64,000 bases of DNA, taken from Eledone cirrhosa (Eukaryota). The stretch is taken from positions 215,884,001 through 215,948,000 of the forward strand of contig OZ024741.1 of assembly GCA_964016885.1 (NCBI GenBank), in the 5' to 3' direction. This document shows, in pieces, positions 13,321-26,487 of this stretch. The notes under the pieces were generated by a model, which saw only the letters and a list, made by a program, of their open reading frames with translations, searched no databases and was not told the DNA's origin. Positions within the stretch are counted from its first letter, which is position 1. Each line of letters begins with the position of its first letter. A program made the position numbers and the translations under genes.

Positions 13321-14106
13321 GAGTTAGAAGGCCAGAACAATGCAGGCATGGATATAGAATATAAATACAAATGCAAAAGATATTGCTGACAATTAGTCTT
13401 TTACCTTAAATTTATTTGAATATCTTTAATTTTCGAGATAATATCTCTTCTTCTGGGGGAAGTAAAGGGGTTAATCCAGTGTTCTAATTAGCTTGCCAAG
13501 TCATGCAATTTCTTCCTTTATATATACAATTTCCTCCTTTATATATATATATATATATATGCCGGTCATGACTGTTTGTGACGACCGACACGATAAAGCG
13601 ATTAGCAACTGGCACCCGATACGAATCTATCTCTCGACTAGCCACCAATTTACAAATTTTACGAGGTGGCGGGAGACTAGAGAATCAATCTTTTTATTCC
13701 CGTCAAAAGAACTCAGCCAACGTGTCTCACACACAAATTATTAAGAGGTGAAAAGATGGCTATTAGAAATAGCAGTCCACATCGATGTATAATTGAATGG
13801 TAGCATTCAGCTCATGTCTCCAAGTCCCATGGCTAGAGGAAAGCGATAGTAACAATGGTAGTGCCAAGAACCTTTAACGGACTATTCAACTAAGCACTCT
13901 TGACATCAGAACACATTTTGAACTGCTTATCTTCAAATAATATTATTTTTTCTTTCCCATTACCTTATCATGTTCCATATTACGCCCTTTTTTTCTTTTT
14001 TCTTTACACTTCAAAAACGTTGTTTGTAAACACCATTATTCTTTCTTCACCATTTCCTTAACATGTTCAACATCATCAACATTTTACATCAATACAAATT
14101 CCCCCC

Positions 14107-14142
14107 CTTTGATAATGCATGAAATGCTGAAACCGGTAATAA
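14107..14142 (+). ncRNA. Hammerhead-like motif with U3:A8 core, degenerate stem I
   Basis: UUGAUAA-U-GCAU/AUGC-U-GAAA-CCGG-UA; second copy at ~35636-35676 (-) within a shared repeat (13960-14160 vs 35600-35800). Confidence 0.55.
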
Positions 14143-14329
14143 ACAATTATTAAATATATAAATAAATAGATAAATGTCATTGTTAATTAATAAATAAATT
14201 AACTAATACCTAAACATTTCACACAAAGTAAAATATTTTGTTTTAAACATTTTCTAACTCAGAAAAAATAGAAAAAATAATAAAGTAAACAAATATTTTT
14301 CTTCCTAATAATCGTCTTTTTCTCTCTAT

Positions 14330-14377
<48 letters not shown>

Positions 14378-14824
14378 CAGCTCATGTGCTACTTCTCCAT
14401 ATATGTATATATATATCACAGAAAAAAAGATGGAATTTATTATGCTTAAACGGCCTACCGCATACGGACGTTTTAAGCATCCAACACCAATTATATATAT
14501 ATATAGTGGTGGAACACTGGAAGGTAATATCCGTAGTGGTAGAGCACTCAGTCCAAGGGACGAGTTAGATAGAAGTGGTTACACAACAGTTAGTTCACCA
14601 TATCGAGAACAATTATTTCACCTTCGCGGATCTTCAGCTCGGGATGTATATGGTTATAGGAACAGGAAGGACAACTGTACGAACGCGCATGCGCAGAAAC
14701 TCGGTCACTTAACACAGGCAATAGTAGACTGTGTGCGGGGGTGTAAGGGAGATAACTGCGAAAGTCCGGAAAGTTTTTTGGTTGAAAATAAAATAAAAAA
14801 ATTTAAAAATAAAATTACAAGGAA

Positions 14825-15685
14825 TCAGTCCGGAGCCTTGTAGTTATGTAACAGATGTTTGGTGACGTGTGGACAACGTGTGAAAAATTCACTTCTCGTG
14901 TTTAGGCAATCACTATTGCGTAATCTCTTTAGGATAGTTATTTGTTCGTCAATACATAAGCCACACGTCGGATTTCCCCTTGCGTATGGCTTGGACTTAG
15001 TGATGGCTTTCCATTGAATGGAGTACCCTATACTTGAGTGCTTGAGGGACCATACGTGGCTCGCGAGTTTCTTGGATGACCGTCTGTCCGGGTATATGAA
15101 GGTAGACTGGTGGTTCAGGAAACGCTCCTTGAATCGGCCCTCCGCCATGCCCACATAGGATTTGACCTCCTGTGGTTCGTTTGGTCGGTTGGAAGTGACC
15201 ACAGCTTCATAGATTACAGCTGGTGTATTGCATTGTTGTTGAAGGGGGCAAGCTTCAGGCTTACGGCAAGAGCACCCTGGTGAGGTGTTGCTCCTAGGGC
15301 TGCTGGTGATGTGGGCCTTCATGTTCTTAGCGCAGGAGTATCCTAGTTTAACTTTGTGTCGGTTAAAGATGGAGCGGTATTTATGACCTATGGTGAAGTG
15401 TCTATCTAAGAGGGCTAGACATTTTTTTCCTACATTGGTTTTAACGTTGAGTGAGAAGGGAGGAGAGAACCAGATAGTTTGTCTATTGATGCGCTTACTA
15501 TTTTTAATAGTGTTGTTGCTAGTGGGAGAGTAGGTGCTAGGTTGTGAGAAGCCGCTGTTAGCCAACGCCGTGTTATAGTAGGGTGCCGCCCTATCAAGGA
15601 TAGCCTTATTAGAGGAGAGGTTTGAGATTCTAGTACTGATATTCTTAACGAAGTTTCTAAAAACAGAGGGAGGGTGGCATGAGTC
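14825..15685 (-). pseudogene. PLE C-terminal thumb + GIY-YIG endonuclease fragment
   Basis: HPPSV, IWFSPPFSLNVKTNVGK, SIFNRHKVKLGYSC, CSC..CPL..C..VIYEAVV, SYVGMAEGRFKERFLNH, CGLC, LNTRSE. Confidence 0.9.
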
Positions 15686-15691
15686 CTCGTG

Positions 15692-16346
15692 AGCATCAAT
15701 AGACAAACTATCTGGTTCTCTCCTCCCTTCTCACTCAACGTTAAAACCAATGTAGGAAAAGAAATTCTAGCCCTCTTAGATAGACACTTCCCCATAGGTC
15801 ATAAATACCGCTCCATCTTTAACCGACACAAAGTTAAACTAGGATACTCCTGCGCTAAGAACATGAAGGCCCACATCACCAGCAGCCCTAGGAGCAACAC
15901 CCCACCAGAGTGCTCTTGCCGTAAGCCTTCAACAACAATGCAACACACCAGCTGTAATCTATGAAGCTGTGGTCACTTCCAGCCGACCAACCGAACCACA
16001 GGAGGTCAAATCCTATGTGGGCATGGCGGAGGGCCGATTCAAGGAGCGTTTCCTGAACCACTATTCTACCTTCAGATACCCGGACAGACGTTCATCCACG
16101 AAACTCGCGAGCCACGTATGGTCCCTCAAGGACTCAAGTATAGGGTACTCCATTCAATGGAAAGCCATCACTAAGTCCAAGCCATACGCAAGGGGAAATC
16201 CGACGTGTGGCTTATGTATTGACGAACAAATAACTATCCTAAAGAGATTACGCAATAGTGATTGCCAAAACACGAGATGTGAATTTTTCACACGTTGTCC
16301 ACACGTCACCAAACATCTATTACATAACTACAAGGCTCCGGATTGA
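15692..16346 (+). pseudogene. Inverted, frameshifted duplicate of the lineage C endonuclease
   Basis: ORFs 15689-15964 and 15969-16346 repeat the peptide of 14825-15500, with a small deletion. Confidence 0.9.
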
Positions 16347-16530
16347 TTCTTTGTAATTTTATTTTTAAATTTTTTTATTTTATTTTCGACCCCAAAACTT
16401 TCCTGACTTTCGCAGTTATCTCCCTTACACCCCCGCACACAGTCTACTATTGCCTGTGTGAAGTGACCGAGTTTCTGCGCATGCGCGTTCGTACGGTTGT
16501 CCTTCCTGTTCCTATAACCATATACTGTCC

Positions 16531-16566
16531 GAGCTGAAGATCCGCGAAGTTGAAACAATTGTTCTC
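16531..16566 (+). ncRNA. Minimal hammerhead, lineage C
   Basis: GAG-CUGAAGA-short stem II-GAAA-CAAUUG (palindrome)-UU-CUC; the mirror copy at 14604-14641 (-) has the better stem II (CC/GG). Confidence 0.65.
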
Positions 16567-16860
16567 AGTATGGTGAACTAACTGTTGTGTAACCACTTCT
16601 ATATATATATATATTGTTATACTGTTGTGTAACCACTTCTATATATATATATATATATATATTGTTATACTGTTGTGTAACCACTTCTATATATATATAT
16701 ATATATATTGTTATACTTTGCGAGTGTCATGTTGCCAATAAGATACACACGCGCCCAGTTGCTTTCATTTCAAATTATTATAATAAATTTATCGGCCTAT
16801 GTGTATGTATATAGGTATATATAAGTGTATATAGTTTATCGTGGTGGTGGACGCAGAACA

Positions 16861-18078
16861 TCAGCTACACACATCATAACCATCATCCGGGGTCTCAGCC
16901 GAAAACGACTCAACAATTGATCTCCACGTGAGTCTGTCGTTCATTGCCGTTGCCAAGTCCTGGATTTCAATACCAGAATCTCTGGATATGACATCATTAT
17001 AGGAGCGCTTGCGCCCCCTGATATTAGTGACTGCTTGTGGTTTCCAATGCACTAATGGGGACACAGCCTGATAGGTGGCACGATGGCAGTGGCCAGCAAA
17101 TCTTACTCTCCTTTTACGTATAACGACAGATATGCCTGGTAGGCTGGCATATATCTCTCTCAAAATCAGATCTCGCCAGCTTATGTTCAGAATGAGTTGA
17201 AGCAGGCGAGTTTAAGTGACATCAAGGCGCTTTTATTGTTTGAATGAAAGCGTCCATGTTTCACTTCCATATAGCAAGATTGGTTGAATTGTTACTTGGG
17301 AGAGCTTGATATTGGTGTGGTTGGAAAGATTTGAGCGCCAAACTCGATCCATCTTGTTACAAGCTGACCATGCCTGGGCCGTTCTGGTGGCGAATTCCAT
17401 CTCAGAGTCCATGATCCAGGACCCAAGATACTTGAAATCCTCGATTTGCTTGATACCACTGCCGTTGATTTCTTTGATGTTGTTTCCTGCACAGTTTGAT
17501 ATGTAGTCTGTTTTACCCTCGTTGAGATGAAGGTCAACGAGGGCGGCTGCTTCCTGGAGAGATGTCAAAAGTTGTTGCGCATTTTCTAGGCAATCTGCAA
17601 GAAGTGCTATGTCATCTGCAAAGTCAAGGTCAGTTAGATGTTTAGAGGGATGCCTAGAGCTTATGCGGGGTTTGATGGTTATACCTTTGTTATTGATTTT
17701 TTTCAATTGAGAGTCTCAGGGTGTAGTCTCGTGCAATGATAAAGAGGAATGGAGCAAGAGTGTCACCCTGCAGCACTCCTGCTGAGATGTCAAAGAACTC
17801 TGTTGGGCCATCAGGGTTGATGATAGTGGCACTTGTGTTGAGATACAGAGCCATAAATGCTTCCACAAGTCTTACTAGGATGCCATACAAGGGTAGAATT
17901 TCGAACAGAGTGTCTGTTTATACCGTCAAAAGCTTTTCTAAAGTCAACAAAAACTAGAGCCATTTGTCTGTTGGAGTTTCTCACCTCTTCCACTACTCTT
18001 CTCAAGGCCAAATTCTGTGCCAGTGTAGATCTACTACGCCTAAAACCGTTTTGGTTGATGCGAAGGATTGGATCAACA
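16861..18078 (-). pseudogene. RTE-clade non-LTR retrotransposon RT fragment, 5'-truncated
   Basis: NQNGFRRSRST, VFVDFRKAFD, GVLQGDTLAPFLF, DLDFADDIALL, FKYLGS, LLYGSETWTL, RFAGHCHR; frameshifted. Confidence 0.9.
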
Positions 18079-18925
18079 TACAAAACTATACACATAAAAG
18101 CACGCAGACAAACAAACAAATAAGCACACCCACACATACCCGCATGCACACCCACACCCACACGCACTCCCACACTTATATATACACTACAAACTCCACC
18201 ACCACCAACAATAACAACAAATATATCCGACTCAAACATTAATATATATTTTAGAAACTTATTATTTAAAGTCAACGGGAGATAAATGAGGTAATCTATA
18301 TAAAACTAATTCTTTTTTCTTCTTTTCCGCCCATCTGACATGCTTGTTGTCTTCTTTGGCACATTTCCACCATTTCAGTTTATATTTCTAAAGATCAAAT
18401 TCCAACATTTAATGCAAAGGGAAGTGGAGAAAGAAAGATAGAAAGATAGAAATAAATTATTTTGCAACCTATTTTTTTTCTTCCTCCTATTTTCGAGAAA
18501 TTTTCAATTGCCTCTCAGAAAGAATTAAAAAATTCTTTAAAAATATAAATACAAAATTACGGCTGTGGTGGTAAACAAGTCATTAAAAATATTAACTCTT
18601 CATTGCACAAGAAAATGTCAAATTTTCATTCGAAGGAAATGTTGAAGAATTTTCGTTTCTCCAAGAATAATATGACAAATGTTTAAAATCAGTAAAGCGA
18701 AAATATAATATAAAAAATTGGGATGGTTGGTTAGTTTTCTTTTCTTATTCCAATATTTTGGGGGGAAGGAGGTTTTGGAAATTATTTCCAATATATTTTT
18801 TATATTTTTATATTTTTGTTCTCTAGTTATACTGTATTACTTATGTGCACAGACGCACACACACATATATATATATATATATATTATGTACATATGCAAA
18901 TAAATATTTATACACACATCCACAC

Positions 18926-18981
<56 letters not shown>

Positions 18982-19800
18982 TTGTGTCTGCGTCTGTGTG
19001 TATATATGCGTGTGTTCGTATGTCTGTAGGTAGGTAGTTGTGTATGTGTGTGTCATGATATGTTTCCAGGTAGAACGGTATATTGAAAGGTAAACGAAAC
19101 TTACATACATTAAAATTAGAAAAAAATTCTACAAATTTAAGATGTACTACTAAACGGCAGTAAGAGATAGGATATATGGATATATATGTATACATACATA
19201 CAAACACACAGACACATACACAACACCAGCACACGCACACACACACAATCATATATATATATATACACACACACATACACACATATGGGTTTACCGACGA
19301 TGGCTGCCGAACACTGTACGGCCTAATTCGGGCTGTTTGTTTACAAACAAACCGAACATTATAATAAATGTTCGGTAAACCCATACGTACATAGATATAT
19401 GTGTGCATGTATGTATATATATACATAATACTGTACGTCTGTATATATATATGTATGTACGTATACATACTTATATATAACCAAAGATTAATATGGTTCA
19501 TTGATTACTCAATGAATATAGTTTTACAATAGATTAAAAGCACTCTACAAGCAATATTCCTGGAGTTTTAATATTATTCAAAATATTAACAAATGAAGAT
19601 ATTCACATAATCAAAATATATGCTTTATTATATACTAGCAGTACTATCCGGCGTTCAATTCCTCATAGCGGTTGTTGGCAAATTCTTTGTTGTATCTTTT
19701 ATGGTTGTTCACCCTATTTTATAAGATATCTTTGCAGCGTCTCTGTGCTTAGACATTTTCTTTATACTCATACAATTATGTGTATGTATATATATAATAT

Positions 19801-20660
<860 letters not shown>

Positions 20661-20811
20661 ATTTCGAAGGTACTGTGTTGTTTTTTTATTTCAGTGAAAT
20701 TTCATCAAATCTCAATATTTATATAAATGTTGAGATTTGATGAAATAAATCACTGCCAATACTGGAATTGAAATATCAAGACCGTAGAGGTATGTCATAT
20801 ATCAAATCATA

Positions 20812-20879
20812 TATTTTATCTGACGAGGAGGTACTGGAAAAAAAAAACGCAGTAGCTTCGAAATATATATAATAAAGCA
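20812..20879 (+). ncRNA. Type I hammerhead, lineage B relative
   Basis: UAUUUUAU-CUGACGA-GGAG.UACUG/CAGUA.CUUC-GAAA-UAUAUA-UA-AUAAAG. Confidence 0.8.
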
Positions 20880-20947
20880 TATATTTTGATTATGTGAATA
20901 TCTTCATTTATTAATATTTTGAATAATATATATATACGTATATATAT

Positions 20948-21062
<115 letters not shown>

Positions 21063-21178
21063 TGTGTGTATATGTGTGTGTAGGAATAAAGCAATGACTT
21101 CGAAGTTTTAGCTTCACTCCATCTGTCAGTGATATAAAGCGACTTTGCTGAAACTTCGAACGATGTGCAGTCCTCTTA

Positions 21179-21222
<44 letters not shown>

Positions 21223-22138
21223 ATAAATTATCGAGATTCGCATTTCGGCCCACGAAATAACGAAAAACAACCTCCGAGATGTGAGGCAAGTGCTCAATGG
21301 TTCAGATGAACCAGAGCTATAACAAACGTTAAACACCAAACACACTGACACGATGGTTAAACAATAATTCGCATAGCCAAAAAAAAACGATCAAGTAATT
21401 CGGGTATTGAAAATTTACCCGGACCCCTGGAAGGTTGGTAAAATCCAGCATTTGGGTTTCTGCGGCTCCTAAATCAAGTACCGCCCGCTTACATAAATAA
21501 TGTCAGGCTTCTGGTAACATAATTGAACAAGGAAGCCACTTTCTCAACAGGTTTTAGTTCAATGTTAATACACAGACTGACTATTGCTGACTCCACGTGG
21601 GGATCGGCAAGGGAGGCAGCCCCTATATCAGGCGAATAAATTCAGTTGTGTATATTTTTGCAAAAATGCAAAAACATCACAAATCGAATAGAGTTCTCAA
21701 CAGAAGGGTTAAAATTAACATAAGCTATTCATCAGTCAATAGAATCAACTAAAAAATCAAGAAAATTAACTGGTCAACAGCTAGAGTCTATATATATATA
21801 TATATATATAAAGAGAGAGAGAGAGAGAGAGAGACTTTCTCCACTGAAAGTTTTCATGAAATAGTCTAGTCTTTAAGACTATACAGAGCATTTGATGTTT
21901 TTCCAAATTGAAGGATAAGTATTTTAGACTTTATTTTATCATGAGTTAAGGCTCTATTGATTTTTCCCTGGATTTCACTAAATTCTGTGGATGAATTTAT
22001 ATCCTGATTCTATTTGAGATGAGTTTGAATTATTTTTCCCACATCTTACGTTAACTATTTTTCCCATTTTGACGCTATAGTCGCATATATGTTATGGAAT
22101 ATTGTTAGCTTCTCGCTACAACAATTTCTATACCTTTC

Positions 22139-22199
<61 letters not shown>

Positions 22200-22204
<5 letters not shown>

Positions 22205-22802
22205 CTAACCATATTCACTATATATATATATTAGAACTAACCATATTCACTGAACCAGAACAATTCTTCCCATCCCATTTCTCTTGACCATTATCTTTTA
22301 TTTATCATAAAATTCTCTAAAAAGGCTACAGAATGGATTTCCAAATAAGGGCGCGAAAATTTACTGAAAATTTGTTCACGTGACAGCCATAATTTCATTT
22401 ATAACCAATCAAATTACGTTTATTAAAAAAAAAGCCTTCGTGAGCCCCCTTTTTTTAAGTAAAAAGAAATTCAAACACTCATATATGAAAAAACCACCTG
22501 TGACCCCCCCCCCCCCTGTTTGAAGAACTTTGTAACGCGAACTGGCGCGAAAATTATGATAATTATTGACCAACCAATAAAAATACTTCTCGAAAAACCT
22601 GGCATTTCGAGCCACTTTTTCCATATAAAACAAGTAACATTCAGAGACCAACCAGATGTGAGAAAAACCACAGACCGTCCATCTCAACTCTACTTTTGAA
22701 AAGCAGAAGAACTGCGAAACCGGTAAAGGAACCAAATAAATATATATATTTTTTTAAAAATAAGACTCCAGTTGCATTTTCGATTTCATCTTTTTTTCTT
22801 TA
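22200..22802 (+). mobile_element. 3' terminal fragment of the lineage A PLE
   Basis: Reverse complement of 1-470, extended through the HHR; flanked by (TA)n. Confidence 0.85.
22693..22728 (+). ncRNA. Minimal hammerhead with U3:A8 core (lineage A)
   Basis: CUU-UUGAAAA-GCAG(AAGAA)CUGC-GAAA-CCGG-UA-AAG. Confidence 0.78.
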
Positions 22803-22818
22803 TATATATATATATATA

Positions 22819-22920
22819 TAAGGTGTCCCCAAAAATTGAATACATTCTTTGTTTACCTGTACAGGCAATATTTATTGGAATACTGTTGAAGTGTGTATGC
22901 ATTTTTTGGGACACCCTGTA
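22819..22920. mobile_element. Tc1/mariner-type MITE
   Basis: Imperfect TIRs aggtgtccccaaaaa / ttttttgggacaccctg with TA flanks. Confidence 0.6.
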
Positions 22921-22947
22921 TGCATGTATGTATGTATGTATGTATAT

Positions 22948-23037
<90 letters not shown>

Positions 23038-23107
23038 ATATATATGTATATGTGTATGTATATATACATATATACATTTATACACATATATATATATAAG
23101 TATGTGT

Positions 23108-23225
23108 GAAGGCGTGTGGCCTAGCAATCGTGAGGTTGTTAGTTCGATTCCCCGGTCGGGTGATGCGTTGGGTTCTTGGGAAAGACACTTTATTTCACGT
23201 TGCACCTTCTACCTAGAGTTGCGAC
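23108..23225 (+). mobile_element. tRNA-derived SINE fragment (second family)
   Basis: A-box-like gtggcctag and B-box gttcgattcc followed by cttgggaaagacactttatttcacgttgc. Confidence 0.5.
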
Positions 23226-23411
23226 CGATAGAGAGTATTAGCAATTTGAAAGACAAAAGGAAACATTGTTTCCTTGGTCCGATTTGCCGAAAGTCGATCG
23301 ACTGTCGATATATATGTGTCTGTATGTATGTTTATCCTTGATCCTATGTATCTATGCATACATACATATATACATACTTACATAATACATACACACACAC
23401 ATATTTATATG

Positions 23412-24027
23412 TACCAGCAGCAGTACCCAGCGTTGCCTGGGTAGGAAAAATAATATCTGCATTGATGAAAAGGTGTTGATCTTAGCGACTGCTTCTCGAT
23501 GACTCATCTATGGCCACACACGGGCCACGCGGGGGAGGGTGGTGATGACCTCTATCACTGAGGGGGTGATGACCTCTGGACTGATGAAGGAGCATCCTGG
23601 GGTAGGGAGTTTCGAATTTGAACGAAATCGGTTGAAAAATGTGGGAGCTAGAGCCGAAAAGGCGGAAATTTGAGCGAAAAGGTGGTATTTTTGAATATTT
23701 AAGCGGCTGCCACGCCGTTCCTGAACAAAATATCCAAAATTTAAAGCCATTACAGGATATGTAATGATAAATTCTATTTTGATTTAAACTTTGAACGAAA
23801 TCGGTGGCAAAATGTGGAAGGTAGAGCCAAAAATCTTATTTTTCGATACCAAAAAAAAGATGACACTCTCCCCCACCCCTATCGATTTTTTTACCTGCAG
23901 AATGACCCCGGAATAAAACAAACCATACGCTGATATATAGAAAACACTCCCCGATGACTAATCTACTAATCTATGAGCCTGTAAAGTTTCATGAAAATCA
24001 GTCGTAAGATGTAGGCCCCTATAGGTA

Positions 24028-24077
<50 letters not shown>

Positions 24078-24099
24078 TTAATTTTATATATATACAGAT
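23412..24099 (-). mobile_element. Non-autonomous Helitron-like element
   Basis: Terminal hairpin cccagcgttgcctggg near the left end; (CA)n and ttttatatatatacagat at the right end. Confidence 0.55.
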
Positions 24100-24478
24100 G
24101 TGTGTACGTATATATAGTTAATATAAAGAATGATTTGCTCATGTGCCATGTTGCTATAAAATAGCTTATGAAATAGGGTATATACCCTTAAAAGACGGAA
24201 AAAGAAGTTGCCATCACTTACTAAGAGAAATTGTACTCGATATTTTCCATATACTGGCTAGGCGCTTTAAACCACCAAGCCAAGGGACCGTGACAATTCT
24301 CTAATGTCTTTGAAAACAGAGAGTCATCCGCTGAGAATATAAATTTAATATGAAGAAGGATGTGCTCCGGGCGTTTCGATAGTTAGATCCGAACTCAGTT
24401 CGGATCTAACTATCGAAACGGCTGGAGCTCAGTCGTCAGCGTCCTGAATCCTTTTATATATATATATATATATATATA

Positions 24479-24890
24479 TTTCGATTCTGAATTTGTTTAG
24501 TAAGATTCTTTATCTGAAAACATGTGTTGAGACCGACATTGTTATACTTTGGGAGGGTCATGTTGCCAATAAGAAACACACGCACCAGTTGCTTTCACTC
24601 CAATTTATTATAAATTAAATTTATAAATTTAAGAATTTATAAATTTCCGGTTGGTTGGTTGGTTGATTCCATAACCGGGCGGTTGTTCATATATTGTCAA
24701 AGTTCTTTCGTCACACATTCTGTGACCTCTTCAGTGACTGGGGATTCTTTTCTTTGTTTTGTACCTCTCCTTTGTTCTGTCCTACGCCATCTTGTTTTTG
24801 TGTGTTGTGTGCTTAGTTTGCGCATGTGTTACATCCGGGTGTCTGTGTGTGTTTTTATTTGTTTATTTATTTGTTTATTTACATGTTACT
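24479..24890 (-). mobile_element. Lineage D PLE 3' terminus with HHR at 24695-24739
   Basis: Matches 61500-61925 inverted; inserted in (TA)n. Confidence 0.85.
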
Positions 24891-25050
24891 ATATATATAT
24901 ATATATATTAAGATTGGTGCTCTGAAATAGCGTATAGTATATTTGGCAATATACCGTATGTTTAATAAAAATATTTAGAAGACCATACGCTATCAGTTTT
25001 AAAGTAGTGACTATGTCCCTTACTTCTTTTCGGCGAAAGAAGGGAGATAA

Positions 25051-25090
25051 GTTGACAGTCTGTTTCACGCTGGTTGGCGTCCATCAGAGC
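25051..25090 (-). ncRNA. Degenerate hammerhead
   Basis: CUGAUGG-ACGC/GCGU-GAAA-CAGACUG-UC; A9 is changed and stem I is imperfect. Confidence 0.5.
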
Positions 25091-25214
25091 CACGCAATCC
25101 CTGCTTTCGCCGAAAATTATAGAAGCTGGATTCTTATAGAATTCCAGTAATAATCAGGAGCTGGATATACAGAGCGATTGCCGGTCCAGCAATAATTAGG
25201 TTTTAAGAATGGTG

Positions 25215-25253
<39 letters not shown>

Positions 25254-25929
25254 TGTATGCCCGTCATTCGCGGTCACCTTTATTCTCAGATGTTTCCTTA
25301 GAACCTGTCTAATAATTGTTCGTGGAAACCACCACATATTCACGAAATCGTAAATATCTTTCGCGATGTTTTTAATGGCGTCTTTCGTCGCACTATATAT
25401 ATTTTTTTTAACGCTAAATTATTAATAACTGTTTCTACTTTAGGCACAAGGCCAGCAATTACCCAGTGCATTACTGGTACTTTATTTTATCGACCCGTAA
25501 GGATGAAAGGCAAAGTCAAATTATTAATAACGATAGACCGTATTTGCCACCCTATTGGACGTTCCTTCGCATAAGACGCTCCCTCATTTTCTATTATATT
25601 TTACATTATATTTTGACGCTTATAGGCAATATTATGGACCACATCCAAATTCGCTGTTTTTTTCAATCTTGGCGGGTGTTCTATGAACGTAACCTCTGCG
25701 AACACCGGGGGCCTTCCGTGTTTTAAATATGTGTAGTTCTCTCGGATCGATGATTTCCAAAACGATAAATATAAATTTTGTATATATTCTTTCAAAGAAT
25801 TCTTTGAATTGTTAAAAATATGAAAAAACGTTTTTTTTTTTAAATTCTTAATTCTAGTTCTCACCTAAAATATACACAGTAAACGCCGAAACAAATGTTA
25901 TTCGGTGAATTGGTAGTATCGGTAGAGGG

Positions 25930-26383
25930 TCGTCGTCGTCGTCGTGGTAGTAGTGTGGGTGATGTCATTAGTGGGTGTTGTAGTGGTGGTGGTGGTGTTG
26001 GTGTTACTGTTGGTGTTGGTGGTGATGTTGGTTGTCATGGTGGTGGTAGTCGTCGTCGTCGTGTGGGCTATGTCATTAGTGGGTGTTGTAGTGGTGGTGG
26101 TGTTGGTGTTGGTGGTGATGGTGGTGGTGTTGGTGTTACTGTTGGTGGTGATGATGATGGTGGTGGAGGTCGTCGTCGTGTGGGTGATGTCATTAGTGGG
26201 TGTTGTGATGGTGGTGGTGGTGATGTTGGTGGTGGTGGTGGTGGTGGTGGTGTTGGTGGTCGTCGTAGTCGTGTTGGTGATGTCATTAGTGGGTGTTGTA
26301 GTGGTGGTGGTGGTGTTGGTGGTCTTCCTGGTGGTGTTATTGATGAGCGTTTTAGTAGTGATTTGAGGGAATTTATTTTCGAA

Positions 26384-26438
<55 letters not shown>

Positions 26439-26487
26439 TTCTTCTTCTTCTTCTTCTTCTTCTTCTTCTTCTTCTTCTTCTTCTTCT
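25930..26487. repeat. GGT-rich minisatellite followed by (CTA)n and (CTT)n
   Basis: Four units containing tgtcattagtgggtgttgt, separated by GGT/GTC triplets and starting right after a SINE head (25908-25931). Confidence 0.85.

Larger units (their letters stand above)
14505..16600. mobile_element. Fold-back Penelope-like element (lineage C): inverted pair of endonuclease + 3' UTR
   Basis: Minus arm 14505-15690 and plus arm 15691-16600 are near-identical over ~900 bp; the left arm has an extra ~65-bp tail; TA flanks. Confidence 0.9.

Noticed and set aside
16600-16720. CRISPR-like repeat-spacer pattern
   Set aside because: The spacers are (TA)n, the context is eukaryotic and there are no cas genes
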